A stretch of DNA of 47,353 bases from Abditibacteriaceae bacterium. GTDB lineage: Bacteria; Armatimonadota; Abditibacteriia; Abditibacteriales; Abditibacteriaceae. The position numbers and the translations under genes were made by a program. Where the stretch lies: contig JANPJS010000326.1 in the NCBI GenBank assembly GCA_031425655.1, positions 1 through 47,353 on the forward strand. The letters are read 5' to 3'. The notes under the pieces were generated by a model. It was not told where the DNA came from, searched no databases, and saw nothing but the letters and a program-made list of their open reading frames with translations. Below are positions 26,464 through 36,885 of this stretch, piece by piece; position 1 is the stretch's first letter; every line of letters starts with the position of its first letter.

Positions 26464-28380
26464 ATGACACTGAAAATCATCTTCGCCCTTTTAGGAACCA
26501 TCGCCATGACTTCGCTTGCCGCAAAGCTTCCCAAAGGCGCTCCGGCGCCCTTTGGCGCCCTGCCGACGCCGCGCCAACTCACGTGGCACCAAACCGAAAC
26601 CTACGCTTTTTTGCACTTCACGGTCAACACTTTTACCGACAAAGAATGGGGCTACGGCGATGAATCGCCGCAGATTTTCAACCCGACCGCTTTCGATGCG
26701 AAAAAGCTCGTCGCCGACATCAAAGCCGCCGGTTTCGAGGGCATTAACCTCACCGCTAAGCATCACGACGGCTTTTGCCTGTGGCCCTCGAAATTTACCG
26801 AACACAGCGTCAAAAACAGCCCGTGGAAAAACGGACGCGGCGATGTCGTGCGCGAAATCTCCGACGCCTGCCGCGCAGCCGGATTGAAATTCGGCGTGTA
26901 TTTATCGCCGTGGGACAGAAATCATCCCGACTACGGCAAGCCCGAATACATCACTTATTATCGCAACCAACTGCGCGAATTACTGACGAATTATGGCCCG
27001 CTTTTCATGGTCTGGCTCGATGGCGCCAACGGCGGCGACGGCTATTACGGCGGCGCGAAGGAAACGCGCAAAATTGACGCTGCGACGTATTACGATTGGC
27101 CGAACACCATCAAAATCGTGCGCGAATTGCAGCCGAACGCCAGTATTTTCAGCGACGCCGGCCCCGACGTGCGCTGGGTCGGCAACGAGCGGGGAATCGC
27201 GCCCGAAACGTCGTGGCACACGCTGAAATTGGACGGAATTTATCCCGGCAAAGCGGGCGCAGAAAAGTTTCTACCCGAAGGCCACCGCGACGGCGAAAGT
27301 TGGCTGCCCGCCGAAGCCGACGTTTCGATTCGGCCCGGCTGGTTTTATCACGCGCACGAAGACGACAAAGTCAAAACGCCCGCGCAGCTCTTGGATATTT
27401 ACTATGCCAGCGTTGGCCACGGCGCCGGTTTGCATCTCAACTTTCCGCCCGACCGGCGCGGCCTGATTCACGAAACCGATGCCGCCAACGCCCGCGAATT
27501 TCACCGCATTTTGCGCGCAACCTTCGACAAGAACTTCGCAGCCGGCGCCAAAGTCACGGCCAACAACACGCGACGCGGCGACTTTGAAGCAAAGCGCGCG
27601 ATAGATAAATCGCGCGACACTTTCTGGGCCGCCGAGGATGGCGTGACCAACGCTGAAATCGTTTTCCAACTTAGCAAAGCGGCGAAATTCGATGTCGTAG
27701 AATTAGGCGAATTCATCGCGCTCGGCCAGCGCCTCGAAGAATTTCACGTTGACATCGAAGAAGCAGGCGTCTGGCGCGAAATCGCGGCTGGCACCAGCGT
27801 CGGCTATAAGAAATTGGTGCGCCTTGCCGCGCCGGTCGAAGCGACAAAGCTGCGTTTGCGTTTGCGGGCGCCGGTTGGCCCGACGCTTTCGACTTTTGGC
27901 CTGTATTTGCAGCCGGAAAGGCAGCGCGAAGCAGGCAAAGTCGGCAGCATGGGGAGAGCAGAGTGGAAAATTGTATCGGCCACGAACGAAACGCCGGGCA
28001 GCGGCGCCGCCTCGCGCGCCATTGATGGCAACGCGCAAACGCTGTGGCACACCCACGGCCCCGACGGCGAAAACGCGCCACCGCAGAACATCGTGATTGA
28101 CCTCGTCGGAGCGACGAAACTAACCGGCTTCACTTATTTGCCGCGACAGGACGGCACGCGGCGCGGGATGGTTAGCCACTACGAATTTCACGTCAGCGCC
28201 GACGGCCAGAATTGGACACAAGCCGCAGTGGGCGAATTCGCCAACGTCGCCAACAACCCGATTCTGCAAACCGTGAAATTTGACGCGCCGCACACTGCCC
28301 GCTTCGTGAAATTCGTCGCCACACGCGCCGTAGAAGCGAACCACATCGCCGTGGCCGAAATCGGCGTTTTAATTCGATGA
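26464..28380 (+). CDS. Alpha-L-fucosidase (GH29) with two F5/8 type C (CBM32-like) domains
   Basis: AKHHDGFCLWPS, YLSPWDR, WLDGA and DVSIRPGWFYH; C-terminal AIDGN..WH and YLPRQD domains. Confidence 0.95.
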   Translation: MTLKIIFALLGTIAMTSLAAKLPKGAPAPFGALPTPRQLTWHQTETYAFLHFTVNTFTDKEWGYGDESPQIFNPTAFDAKKLVADIKAAGFEGINLTAKHHDGFCLWPSKFTEHSVKNSPWKNGRGDVVREISDACRAAGLKFGVYLSPWDRNHPDYGKPEYITYYRNQLRELLTNYGPLFMVWLDGANGGDGYYGGAKETRKIDAATYYDWPNTIKIVRELQPNASIFSDAGPDVRWVGNERGIAPETSWHTLKLDGIYPGKAGAEKFLPEGHRDGESWLPAEADVSIRPGWFYHAHEDDKVKTPAQLLDIYYASVGHGAGLHLNFPPDRRGLIHETDAANAREFHRILRATFDKNFAAGAKVTANNTRRGDFEAKRAIDKSRDTFWAAEDGVTNAEIVFQLSKAAKFDVVELGEFIALGQRLEEFHVDIEEAGVWREIAAGTSVGYKKLVRLAAPVEATKLRLRLRAPVGPTLSTFGLYLQPERQREAGKVGSMGRAEWKIVSATNETPGSGAASRAIDGNAQTLWHTHGPDGENAPPQNIVIDLVGATKLTGFTYLPRQDGTRRGMVSHYEFHVSADGQNWTQAAVGEFANVANNPILQTVKFDAPHTARFVKFVATRAVEANHIAVAEIGVLIR

Positions 28381-28423
28381 AATTTGGGTAAGATAGGTTT
28401 CAAATCACGGAGGAAAACCCAAA

Positions 28424-29155
28424 ATGTCACCCAATCATCGCACTGCCAAGGGCTTCACGCTCATCGAGTTGCTTGTCGTCATAGCGATAATAGCGCTTCT
28501 CGCCGCGATTTTGTTTCCGGTTTTCGCCCGTGCCCGCGAAAACGCGCGCAAATCGAGTTGCCAGAACAACCTCAAGCAGATTGGGCTTGGAATCCTGCAA
28601 TACACGCAGGATTACGATGAAACGTTTCCCCTGACGGGCAACGCCGCCAATTTGTGCGGTTTTGAGGCCATTCAGCCATACATCAAAAGCTCGCAGGCCA
28701 TGCAATGCCCCAGCGAAAGCACCGGGCCTACGACCAACCCGCTGGCCGTGGGCTATTCGGATTATTTCTACAACCGCGACCTTGGCGTGACGGGTGCGCC
28801 CACCAAGCAGTCGGCTTTGCTGAAAACAACGCTGACCATTCTCGCTGGCGACTCCCTGGCTGGCGCGTCGGCCAACCGCACGGGTGGCTGCACTCTCGAC
28901 ACAACCACCGGCACAGGAACGGCTTGCGGGGCAGCCGGACTCGCTCGTATGCCAGCTTTCAACCGCCATTTGGAGGGAGTCAATTTGGCGTTCACCGATG
29001 GACACGTCAAGTGGGCCAAGCTGCCGCAAATACCAACCACCGCCTGTTACACCGGCGACCCCAATCGTTGCGTGAACGCGGATGCCGTTTACAACCACCT
29101 GACTCCGTTCACCACGTCGGGAAACAACCCCACGTTTAACGCCATCAACCCATAA
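28424..29155 (+). CDS. Prepilin-type N-terminal cleavage/methylation protein, DUF1559 / H-X9-DG family
   Basis: [51 protein letters not shown]. Confidence 0.93.
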   Translation: MSPNHRTAKGFTLIELLVVIAIIALLAAILFPVFARARENARKSSCQNNLKQIGLGILQYTQDYDETFPLTGNAANLCGFEAIQPYIKSSQAMQCPSESTGPTTNPLAVGYSDYFYNRDLGVTGAPTKQSALLKTTLTILAGDSLAGASANRTGGCTLDTTTGTGTACGAAGLARMPAFNRHLEGVNLAFTDGHVKWAKLPQIPTTACYTGDPNRCVNADAVYNHLTPFTTSGNNPTFNAINP

Positions 29156-29189
29156 AAATGCTTTTTCCCGTTAGCAATGGACCTTTGTC

Positions 29190-29930
29190 ATGCAAACACT
29201 GCAACCCCAAGCACACACCGCACGCTGGGCCTTCACGCTGATCGAACTGCTTGTCGTCATAGCGATAATAGCGCTTCTCGCCGCGATTCTGTTTCCTGTC
29301 TTCGCCCGCGCCCGTGAAAACGCCCGTAAAACCTCGTGCCTGAACAACCTGAAGCAAATTGGCTTGGGCGCGATGCAGTATGCGCAGGACTACGATGAAA
29401 TCACCGTTGGAGGAACCAAAAACGATCTGGGGTGGGCCGACATGATTTTTCCTTATACGAAAAGCATCCAGCTTTATCGCTGTCCGAGCGACGACGACAT
29501 TCCCACTTACAAACCGGGCACCAATCCAAAGCGTTTGTGGCGCAATGCAACTACGACAACGGGATATGACAGCAGCCCCGGCAATCAGGAGTATTGCTAC
29601 GGCATGAACCTCTGGGGCACAGCGTCCTCGACGATTGCTGGTTTTTTAAATCCCTCCGACCGTTCTTTGGCCGATATAGCGCGCACCTCCGAAGTTATCT
29701 TTTTCGTGGACAGCTTAGGTGCCAGTCCTGACTATGTCGGAGCCAATGCGTTAACGCCTCCCAACACCGCATATAACGAAGTTGTGGGACAAGTTGATCA
29801 ACGCCACTTTAGAAGCGGCAGTTTTAATGCGACATTTGTTGATGGTCATTCCAAATATGTCAGCATCAGATCATCAGTCGCTCCAGGCCCCAAGGGAGCC
29901 GGCGATATTATGTGGAATGCCAATCGTTAA
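29190..29930 (+). CDS. Prepilin-type N-terminal cleavage/methylation protein, DUF1559 family
   Basis: [14 protein letters not shown]..; [22 protein letters not shown]. Confidence 0.93.
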   Translation: MQTLQPQAHTARWAFTLIELLVVIAIIALLAAILFPVFARARENARKTSCLNNLKQIGLGAMQYAQDYDEITVGGTKNDLGWADMIFPYTKSIQLYRCPSDDDIPTYKPGTNPKRLWRNATTTTGYDSSPGNQEYCYGMNLWGTASSTIAGFLNPSDRSLADIARTSEVIFFVDSLGASPDYVGANALTPPNTAYNEVVGQVDQRHFRSGSFNATFVDGHSKYVSIRSSVAPGPKGAGDIMWNANR

Positions 29931-29946
29931 GATCAGTCAGTAAGCG

Positions 29947-29979
29947 CGGCTCCGGCGAAATCCGGAGCCGTTTTGTTTG
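29947..29979 (+). terminator. Intrinsic terminator
   Basis: CGGCTCCGG / CCGGAGCCG stem followed by TTTTGTTTG. Confidence 0.8.
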
Positions 29980-29994
29980 TGCGGAAGTAATTTA

Positions 29995-30106
29995 TTCACC
30001 TCCGAGGCCCAGAGGGCGCCGAGAAGGAAAAGAAAAGGAGAATTCATGTGCGCTTTATCTCTATCCCCCTCCTTCTTCTCAGCGTCCTCCACGCCTCGGT
30101 GGTGAA
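29995..30106. repeat. Degenerate intergenic palindromic element with 8-9-bp periodic arms
   Basis: TTCACCTCCGAGG.. / ..CCTCGGTGGTGAA arms, 26/32 complementary. Confidence 0.65.
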
Positions 30107-31345
30107 ATGGAAGCCATGCGCCAGCGATTGCGACTACTGCTTTACGCCCTTGCCATCGGCGGGCCGAGCGGGCCGAAAATTCTGCGGCAGTGTGGATTTC
30201 GCCGCGCTGCGCGCAAACAAGAGGAAGCGCCGCGCCTGCTGTTTTACGCGGTCAACGGCGTGGGACTCGGCCACGCCACGCGCTTGCTCGGCATTGCGCG
30301 GCAAGTGCGAAAACTCGAACCGCGTGCCGAAATTCTCTTTCTGACTTCCAGCGAAGCCGCGCATTTGCTTTACCGCGAAGGCTTTGCCGTCGTGAAAACG
30401 CCGTCGCACAGCATCGCGGCGGCAGGGCTTTTGTCGGAAAAGCGGCTCTTGCAAATCAACCACAGCGCGGCGTGGGCGACAATTCTCTCGTTCGACCCGC
30501 ATTGCCTCGTGGTGGACACGTTTCCGGCGGGTATTCAAGACGAATTGCTGCCCTTTTTGCATAGCTCGCTGGCCAAAGTCTTCGTTTTTCGCGCCCAACG
30601 TGCGGCGCAAGCCGCCGATTCGTTCCTGCAAAACACGATGCGCCAATACGATCTGATTTTGGTGCCGCACGCGCCGGAAAGCGAAAGCGTGCCGACGCCG
30701 ACGCAAGTCGAAACGCTGTGGACAGGCTCGATGATCGCGCACGAGCCGCAGGAAATGCTCAGCCGCGCCGATGCCCGCGCCGCGCTTGGCCTGCCGGCGG
30801 ACGGCTTCATCGGACTGATGACGATAGGCGGCGGCGGCGAAACCGAAACTGCTGCCGCTCGCGCCCAGTTGCGCGCGGCGCTGGCCGAAATCAACGATGA
30901 ATCGCTGTGGGTCGAGGCTCAAGGCCCACTGGCGCGGGCGCTGGACGCAACAGCCACTTCTTCAGACCAATGGCGCGTCTTGCGCGAAGTGCATCCTTTA
31001 ATGCTTTATATGAACGCCTTCGACGGCGCGGTTTCGGCGGTCGGTTACAACACCACGCAAGAGCTTCAAACGGCGCGATTGCCGGCGATTTTGTGGCCTT
31101 TCGCGCGCAATTTGGACGATCAGGGCGAACGCGCGCGGCGTTTATCGAAAGCCGGACGCGCGCTCTGCATCGGCGAAGGCGCCGCCGAAGATCGCGTGCC
31201 GGAATTGATAATTGCGCTGCGTGATTTAATGAATCCCACAACGCGCGAGCGTTTGCGTGCCGCGATGAGCGCCGCCGATGAGGGAACAGAAAACGGCGCT
31301 GCGGTCGGCGCGCGAGCGATTTTAAAGCTGCTCAACGAGCGCTGA
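30107..31345 (+). CDS. GT-B glycosyltransferase (GT28 C-terminal-like)
   Basis: NGVGLGHATR, VVDTFPAG, GGGG, VSAVGYNT..E and DDQ..RA; start moved to 30107, past the repeat. Confidence 0.85.
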   Translation: MEAMRQRLRLLLYALAIGGPSGPKILRQCGFRRAARKQEEAPRLLFYAVNGVGLGHATRLLGIARQVRKLEPRAEILFLTSSEAAHLLYREGFAVVKTPSHSIAAAGLLSEKRLLQINHSAAWATILSFDPHCLVVDTFPAGIQDELLPFLHSSLAKVFVFRAQRAAQAADSFLQNTMRQYDLILVPHAPESESVPTPTQVETLWTGSMIAHEPQEMLSRADARAALGLPADGFIGLMTIGGGGETETAAARAQLRAALAEINDESLWVEAQGPLARALDATATSSDQWRVLREVHPLMLYMNAFDGAVSAVGYNTTQELQTARLPAILWPFARNLDDQGERARRLSKAGRALCIGEGAAEDRVPELIIALRDLMNPTTRERLRAAMSAADEGTENGAAVGARAILKLLNER

Positions 31346-31347
31346 GA

Positions 31348-32871
31348 TTATTTTTTCAGCGGATTGCGCCACACGCCGGTGTGTTGAAAATTACCGCTCT
31401 GCGTCGGCCATTGCATGAATTTTTTGTCGTAGCTAAGGCCGGTGTTGGTGAGAAAAATTCGCCCGTCGGTCAGGCCAAAGAGTAAATCTGCTTGCTCGTC
31501 GCCGTCCGGGTCGCAGATGGTGACGTGTGAGGCGACAGCCGCAGGAAAAGGCAGAAGCGTCTTGATTTCAGTTTTGCCGTCGCGCCACAGCTTGATCCAG
31601 GAGGTGCCGCAAAACAAATCCATAATTCCATCGCCGCCCAGATCGGCGACGGTGACGCCGGCAGAGTAAACCGCGAACACACCCGGCACGCTGCAAACCA
31701 CACCATTTTCGTTAAAAACGCCGCTGCCGTCACCGTTCCAAGCCATCAAGGTGCCTTTGGCGCCGTCGAACGCGATGATTTCCGCTTTGCCGTCGCCGTT
31801 CAAATCGGCTAAGGTGAGCGGCGCGGCAGTCATTGCGACGCTGGTTTTTAACACTCCCGTCCGTTCTTCGATGGTTTGGGTGCCCGGCGCCGGTTTGCCG
31901 TCCCAAGTCCAGACGTGCAATTGACCTTTTATGTCAACGGTGCAGATTTCGAGAGCCGCATCGCCGCTGACATCGCCCATCACCAAGAAAAGCGAGTGCC
32001 CCGCCACACGAATCGGCCAACCGGGCAAAGCTTTTCCGGTGCGGTCGAAGCCGCTAATCGTGCCTTGCGGCTTCGGAGGCGTTTCGTGATACGACATCGC
32101 GTGATCGGGATGATAAACCTCCATTTTGCCGTCGCCGTTGGCATCGCCAATCGCGGGCGCCCGGCCACCGGGAATAATGCGCTCGTCGGGCCAACCCGGC
32201 ACCGGATCGCCGTTTACCGTCTTCAGCGTCCGGCCTAAAATCACATCCATCACGCCGTTGCCGTCAATATCCGCGAGCGGCACGGTGGCCCACGCATCGC
32301 TGTGGAAGGAAAGGCGCATCAACGCGCCTTTACCCGAAACGCGCCAAACACAACGTCGCCAGTCGCCCGAATCCGGCGCATTCATGACGACATCATCGCC
32401 CGCAGGCAGTTCCAAAACCGAAGGGCTGGAATACCAAGATTCAAAGTTTTTCGGATTGCTTATTTGCGCTAACTTTCTCTCGTTGGTGGTTGCCAGCACC
32501 ACGGGCCAGCCTTTGACGAGCGTGCCATTGGCATGAAAGGCCCACAATTGCGCGTCGGTTGACGGCTGCGCGTTGAGCAGCGCGGGCATCGGTTTAAACG
32601 GCGCCATGACGGGCACGATGATTTCTTCAGTTCCGTCGCCGTCCAAATCGGCGACGACCGGCGTGCCGATAACCGGCCCCGGCAAAGCCATCGGCCAACC
32701 TTTGGCAATGGGAAACCCTTCCAAAGCCGCGTCATTAACCTTTTCGGCGCGCAACGTCGGATTGACCGTTGCCGGCCCGGCCCCGACGGCTCCCGGTGGT
32801 TGGGCAACGCCTCGTGCTGCCCAAAACACAAATCCTGCGGCCAATACTGCCCGCAAAAACCATCGTTTCAT
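31348..32871 (-). CDS. Secreted FG-GAP/VCBS-repeat protein
   Basis: Signal peptide from MKRWFL; repeated ADLDGDG.EI and L.GWP motifs. Confidence 0.88.
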   Translation of the reverse strand: MKRWFLRAVLAAGFVFWAARGVAQPPGAVGAGPATVNPTLRAEKVNDAALEGFPIAKGWPMALPGPVIGTPVVADLDGDGTEEIIVPVMAPFKPMPALLNAQPSTDAQLWAFHANGTLVKGWPVVLATTNERKLAQISNPKNFESWYSSPSVLELPAGDDVVMNAPDSGDWRRCVWRVSGKGALMRLSFHSDAWATVPLADIDGNGVMDVILGRTLKTVNGDPVPGWPDERIIPGGRAPAIGDANGDGKMEVYHPDHAMSYHETPPKPQGTISGFDRTGKALPGWPIRVAGHSLFLVMGDVSGDAALEICTVDIKGQLHVWTWDGKPAPGTQTIEERTGVLKTSVAMTAAPLTLADLNGDGKAEIIAFDGAKGTLMAWNGDGSGVFNENGVVCSVPGVFAVYSAGVTVADLGGDGIMDLFCGTSWIKLWRDGKTEIKTLLPFPAAVASHVTICDPDGDEQADLLFGLTDGRIFLTNTGLSYDKKFMQWPTQSGNFQHTGVWRNPLKK

Positions 32872-33030
32872 AGGTGTTTCTGCTCCGGTTCTGAACGTAA
32901 TGATGCAACGCTTCCTTTTTATTATGCGCGAAAAATTCCATCGCGCCGCGCAAGCGAGTTTATAGTGCGTGAAATTCATCCTGAATTGCGCTCCTCTGAC
33001 AATTCTCTCGCCGTCGCATAAAATCAAAAC

Positions 33031-33651
33031 GTGCCCCAAAATTCCCTGCAAAACATCACTGTTCTCGCGCTGTGCGGCAGCGTGAGCGACGATTCCAGCA
33101 CGCGCCGCGCCTTAGAAATCGCGCTTGATGGCGCGCGGCGGGCCGGAGCGCAAACGCGCCTTGTGGATTTGCGCGATTATCATTTGCCCTTCGCCGGACT
33201 GAAAAGCGAAGCCGAATTTCCCGATGTCGCGCGTCTGTGCGAGGAATGCCGCACCGCGCAGGCGATGCTGTGGGGCACGCCGGAATATCACGGCAGCTTC
33301 AGCGGCGTTTTGAAAAACGCGCTCGATTTAATGGGCTTCGATGAGTTTCAAGGCAAAATGATTGGCCTGGTCGGCGTGGCAGGCGGCAGCATCGGCGCTA
33401 TCAATGCGCTCAATCACCTTCGCACCGTCGGGCGGCAACTGCACGCCTGGGTTTTGCCGCAACAAGTCTCGATTGCGAGCGCTCATAAAGCCTTCGATGA
33501 AAACGGGCGCGTTTTAGACAGTGACGTCGAAAAGCGCCTGCTCGAAATGGGCCGCGAAGTGGCGCGCTTCGCCTTTCTACATTCGACGACTGCCGAGGAT
33601 TTCCTGCGCCGCTGGGAACAAGCCGCCGAAAACCCCGGCGGGGAGCAATGA
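33031..33651 (+). CDS. NADPH-dependent FMN reductase
   Basis: GSVSDDSST and GTPEYHGSFSGVLKNALD; GTG start 6 nt after TAAAAT. Confidence 0.93.
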   Translation: MPQNSLQNITVLALCGSVSDDSSTRRALEIALDGARRAGAQTRLVDLRDYHLPFAGLKSEAEFPDVARLCEECRTAQAMLWGTPEYHGSFSGVLKNALDLMGFDEFQGKMIGLVGVAGGSIGAINALNHLRTVGRQLHAWVLPQQVSIASAHKAFDENGRVLDSDVEKRLLEMGREVARFAFLHSTTAEDFLRRWEQAAENPGGEQ

Positions 33652-34162
33652 ATTTAGAATTCAGAATTCAGAATTCTAAATTCACCTTACGCAGTGAGGA
33701 GTGTTAGGCAGACGAATTCAAGAAGCGTTGTCATTCTGAGCTTGCGAAGAATCTCGGCCTCTGCGGTGCTTTTGCTCATGCTGAGTGTGGAGCCTCTTAC
33801 GCAGAGATTCTTCGCAAGCTCAGAATGACTCAACGCCTCAGGGGTTGATCCGCCTAACACACCCCCACTGCGTAACATGAATTCTAAATTCTAAATTCAT
33901 GTTATGCGGTGAAACTATGGTAGCGGTGCAAAGAGCCGCGTTATGCTTGTGCCACCCGGCGATAAATCGCCGGGCTGAAATACAAAGCCCCTGCGGGGCT
34001 GTGGGGCAGGCCTGTGCTGCGCGGCTGTGCTGTGGGAACAGTGTTTCGGTGAGCCTCGAAGAGGCTTGGTATTTCAGCCCGGCACCACCCAAAGGGTTCC
34101 CGGATCGCCGGGTGGCCCGTGCTTACCACAACCCAACCGCGTAACATGAGTTCAGAATTTCA
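33649..34162. mobile_element. Composite palindromic element: two inverted-repeat-bounded units set in heptamer repeats
   Basis: Heptamer blocks at 33649-33684, 33876-33901 and 34145-34162; shared TTAYGCRGT..ACYGCGTAA ends; perfect 26-bp inner arms 33730-33755 / 33804-33829; second REP-like pair at 33951-34116. Confidence 0.8.
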
Positions 34163-34182
34163 CGTCTCGACTGAAAGGAACT

Positions 34183-36861
34183 ATGCACTACTCAACTTTG
34201 TTTCTCGCTGTTGCCATTTTGACTTTGGGCGTGCTGCTGGAAAACGAATCCGCGCAGGCGCAAAACGCACAGCCGCATTATTTCGTGGCGCCCGACGGCA
34301 GCGATGCCAATCCCGGCACTAAAGATAAGCCGTGGGCGACGCTTGAACACGCGCGCGACGTCATTCGCGGCAGGAAAACGCAGGGTGACTGGCGCGCAAC
34401 TGGACATCCGCTAATTGTCGCCGTTCGCGGCGGCACCTACTTTCTTAAGCAGCCACTTACTTTCTCGCCCGCCGACTCCGGCGAAGCTAATGAGCCGATC
34501 ATTTATGCGGCTTACGGCAACGAAAAGCCGATTTTTAGCGGCGGCGAGCGCATTACGGGCTGGAAAGCCGCGAACGGGCGCTGGACGACGACAATTCCCG
34601 ATGTCGTCGCCTCGCAATGGAGCTTCGCGCGGCTTTCGGTCAATGGACAAAGCCGTTCGCGTCCGCGTTTGCCGAAAAAAGGCTTTTATTACGTGCATGG
34701 CGAAATGGAACCGACGGCGGCCAATAAAGGCAAAGGCATGGACCGCTTCATGTTTTCGCCGGGCAATATCAAAGCAAACTGGTCGAATCTGAGCGACGTG
34801 GAAGTGTTGGGTTTTCAAGTCTGGTCTATGGCCCGCTTGCGTGTGGCGTCGGTGGATGAAACTGCCGGCGTCGTCAACTTTACGGGCCACACAATGGGCA
34901 TGGAGTCGTATCAAAAACTGCCGCGCGGCGGGCGCTATATTCTCGATAACGTCAAAGAAGCGCTCAGTGAGCCGGGCGAATTCTATCTCGACACCAAAAG
35001 CGGCCTGCTGACTTATTTGCCGATGCCCGGCGAAAAGCTGGAAAAGGCTGAGATTATCGCGCCGCGTTTGAACCAGCTAATGACATTTGATGGTGATGTT
35101 GCCAAGCGCGCGTGGGTGCAAAACATCCAGTTTCGCGGCCTGACTTTCGCGCACACCAACTGGAAAACGCCGGACGGGGGCTATTCTTTCGTGCAAGCCG
35201 AAGCGCCGCTGACTGCCGCGATTTCCGCGACGGGCGCACGCAATCTGGTCTTCGACAACTGCCGCATTCTGCAAACCGGCCAGTGGGCGATGGCCTTGAA
35301 CACAGGCTGCAAAAACAACCGCGTCACGGGCTGCGAAATGCTCGATTTAGGCGCGGGCGGCATCAAAATCGGCGAAATGCGCGCCTTCGATGACGACGAA
35401 GCCGTCGCCAGCGACAACCGCGTCGAAGAATGCTTGTTCGCGCACGGCGGGCGTTTGCATCCGGCGGCAGTCGGCGTGTGGATCGGCCATTCGCCTAATA
35501 ATAAGGTGCTGCACAACGAGATTTTCGATTTTTACTACACGGGAATTTCGCCCGGCTGGTCGTGGGGCTACAACCGCAGTTTGTCGCACCACAACGAAAT
35601 CGCTTACAACCATATTCATCAAATCGGACAGGGCGTTTTGTCGGATATGGGCGGCATTTACACGCTCGGAGCCGGCGAAGGCAATCATCTGCACCATAAT
35701 TTAATTCACGACGTAGATTCGTTTTCCTACGGCGGCTGGGGCATTTATTTCGACGAGGGCACCGCAAAAATCTTAGCCGAAAACAACGTGGTTTATAACA
35801 CCAAAAGCGCCGGTTTTCACCAGCATTACGGCAAAGAAAACGTCGTTCGCAACAACATTTTCGCATTCGGACGCGAAGCGCAATTGATGCGAACGCGCCC
35901 CGAACCGGAGCATTTCACACTCGACATCAACCACAATATCGTGCTTTACAAGGACGCGCCCTTACTCGGCTCGAATTGGGAAGGCACCAATTACAAGCTC
36001 GACAGCAACATTTACTGGCGAAGCGACGGCAAACCGGTGACGTTTCCCAAAAACATGACGTTCGAGCAATGGAAAGCCACCGGCCAGGACAAAAACTCGC
36101 TCATCGCCGACCCGCTTTTCGCTAACGCGGCGAAATATGATTTTCGTCTCAAGCCCGATTCGCCGGCTTTAAAACTTGGTTTCCAGCCGATTGACGTTTC
36201 GGGTGCAGGGCGCACCAAAGCGCCCGCTTATAAAAGCATAATGGCACGCGCTTTTCCCGTATACGAGGCGCCGCCCGCACTGCCGGTTGAGCAAAATTTC
36301 GAGAACGCCTCAGTTGGCTCCAAAGCGCCGGACGCCAGCACTCACGAAGACAGCGCTCAGGCGACGGCGCGCGTCAGCAACGAAACCGCCGCTACCGGCA
36401 AGCATTCGCTGAAATTCACCGACGCGCCGGGCGGCAAGGCTCGCTATAATCCGCACGTTTTCTGGCAGCCGCATTTCAAAAGCGGCCTCGCCACGAGCAG
36501 TTTTTATCTGCGTCCCGAACTCGGCGCACAAATCAGCCACGAATGGCGCGACAGCAATGGGCCGTATCACACCGGCCCGTCCATTTACATCGAAGCCGAC
36601 GGCACACTGAGAGTCGGCGGACAAAAATTCGCGCAATTGCCGCACGGTGCGTGGACGAAATTCGACATCTCCTGCCAACTTGGCGAAGCCGCCAACGGCC
36701 AATGGAATTTGACCGTGACGCTGCCGAATCAAGCGCCGATCAGCGGCAAATTCGCCTGCGACAAAGATTTTCGCGCGCTCGACTGGCTCGGTTTCGTGTC
36801 CAACGCCGACGACCACGCCGTGTTTTATCTCGACGACCTCAAAGTGCTGCCGGGGAAGTGA
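34183..36861 (+). CDS. Secreted right-handed parallel beta-helix protein (putative glycan-active enzyme)
   Basis: Signal peptide, YFVAPDGSDANPGT..PWATL, beta-helix repeats, SDMGGIYTLG and GIYFDEG; C-terminal beta-sandwich. Confidence 0.88.
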   Translation: MHYSTLFLAVAILTLGVLLENESAQAQNAQPHYFVAPDGSDANPGTKDKPWATLEHARDVIRGRKTQGDWRATGHPLIVAVRGGTYFLKQPLTFSPADSGEANEPIIYAAYGNEKPIFSGGERITGWKAANGRWTTTIPDVVASQWSFARLSVNGQSRSRPRLPKKGFYYVHGEMEPTAANKGKGMDRFMFSPGNIKANWSNLSDVEVLGFQVWSMARLRVASVDETAGVVNFTGHTMGMESYQKLPRGGRYILDNVKEALSEPGEFYLDTKSGLLTYLPMPGEKLEKAEIIAPRLNQLMTFDGDVAKRAWVQNIQFRGLTFAHTNWKTPDGGYSFVQAEAPLTAAISATGARNLVFDNCRILQTGQWAMALNTGCKNNRVTGCEMLDLGAGGIKIGEMRAFDDDEAVASDNRVEECLFAHGGRLHPAAVGVWIGHSPNNKVLHNEIFDFYYTGISPGWSWGYNRSLSHHNEIAYNHIHQIGQGVLSDMGGIYTLGAGEGNHLHHNLIHDVDSFSYGGWGIYFDEGTAKILAENNVVYNTKSAGFHQHYGKENVVRNNIFAFGREAQLMRTRPEPEHFTLDINHNIVLYKDAPLLGSNWEGTNYKLDSNIYWRSDGKPVTFPKNMTFEQWKATGQDKNSLIADPLFANAAKYDFRLKPDSPALKLGFQPIDVSGAGRTKAPAYKSIMARAFPVYEAPPALPVEQNFENASVGSKAPDASTHEDSAQATARVSNETAATGKHSLKFTDAPGGKARYNPHVFWQPHFKSGLATSSFYLRPELGAQISHEWRDSNGPYHTGPSIYIEADGTLRVGGQKFAQLPHGAWTKFDISCQLGEAANGQWNLTVTLPNQAPISGKFACDKDFRALDWLGFVSNADDHAVFYLDDLKVLPGK

Positions 36862-36885
36862 TTCGTCGCTCCATCTCTCGACTCA

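Noticed and set aside
29912..30106. Extended N-terminus of the glycosyltransferase ORF
   Set aside because: It spans a terminator and a palindromic repeat and overlaps the previous gene.
33649..34162. CRISPR array
   Set aside because: The repeats are inverted and nested rather than equal-length direct repeats with unique spacers; no cas genes in the window.
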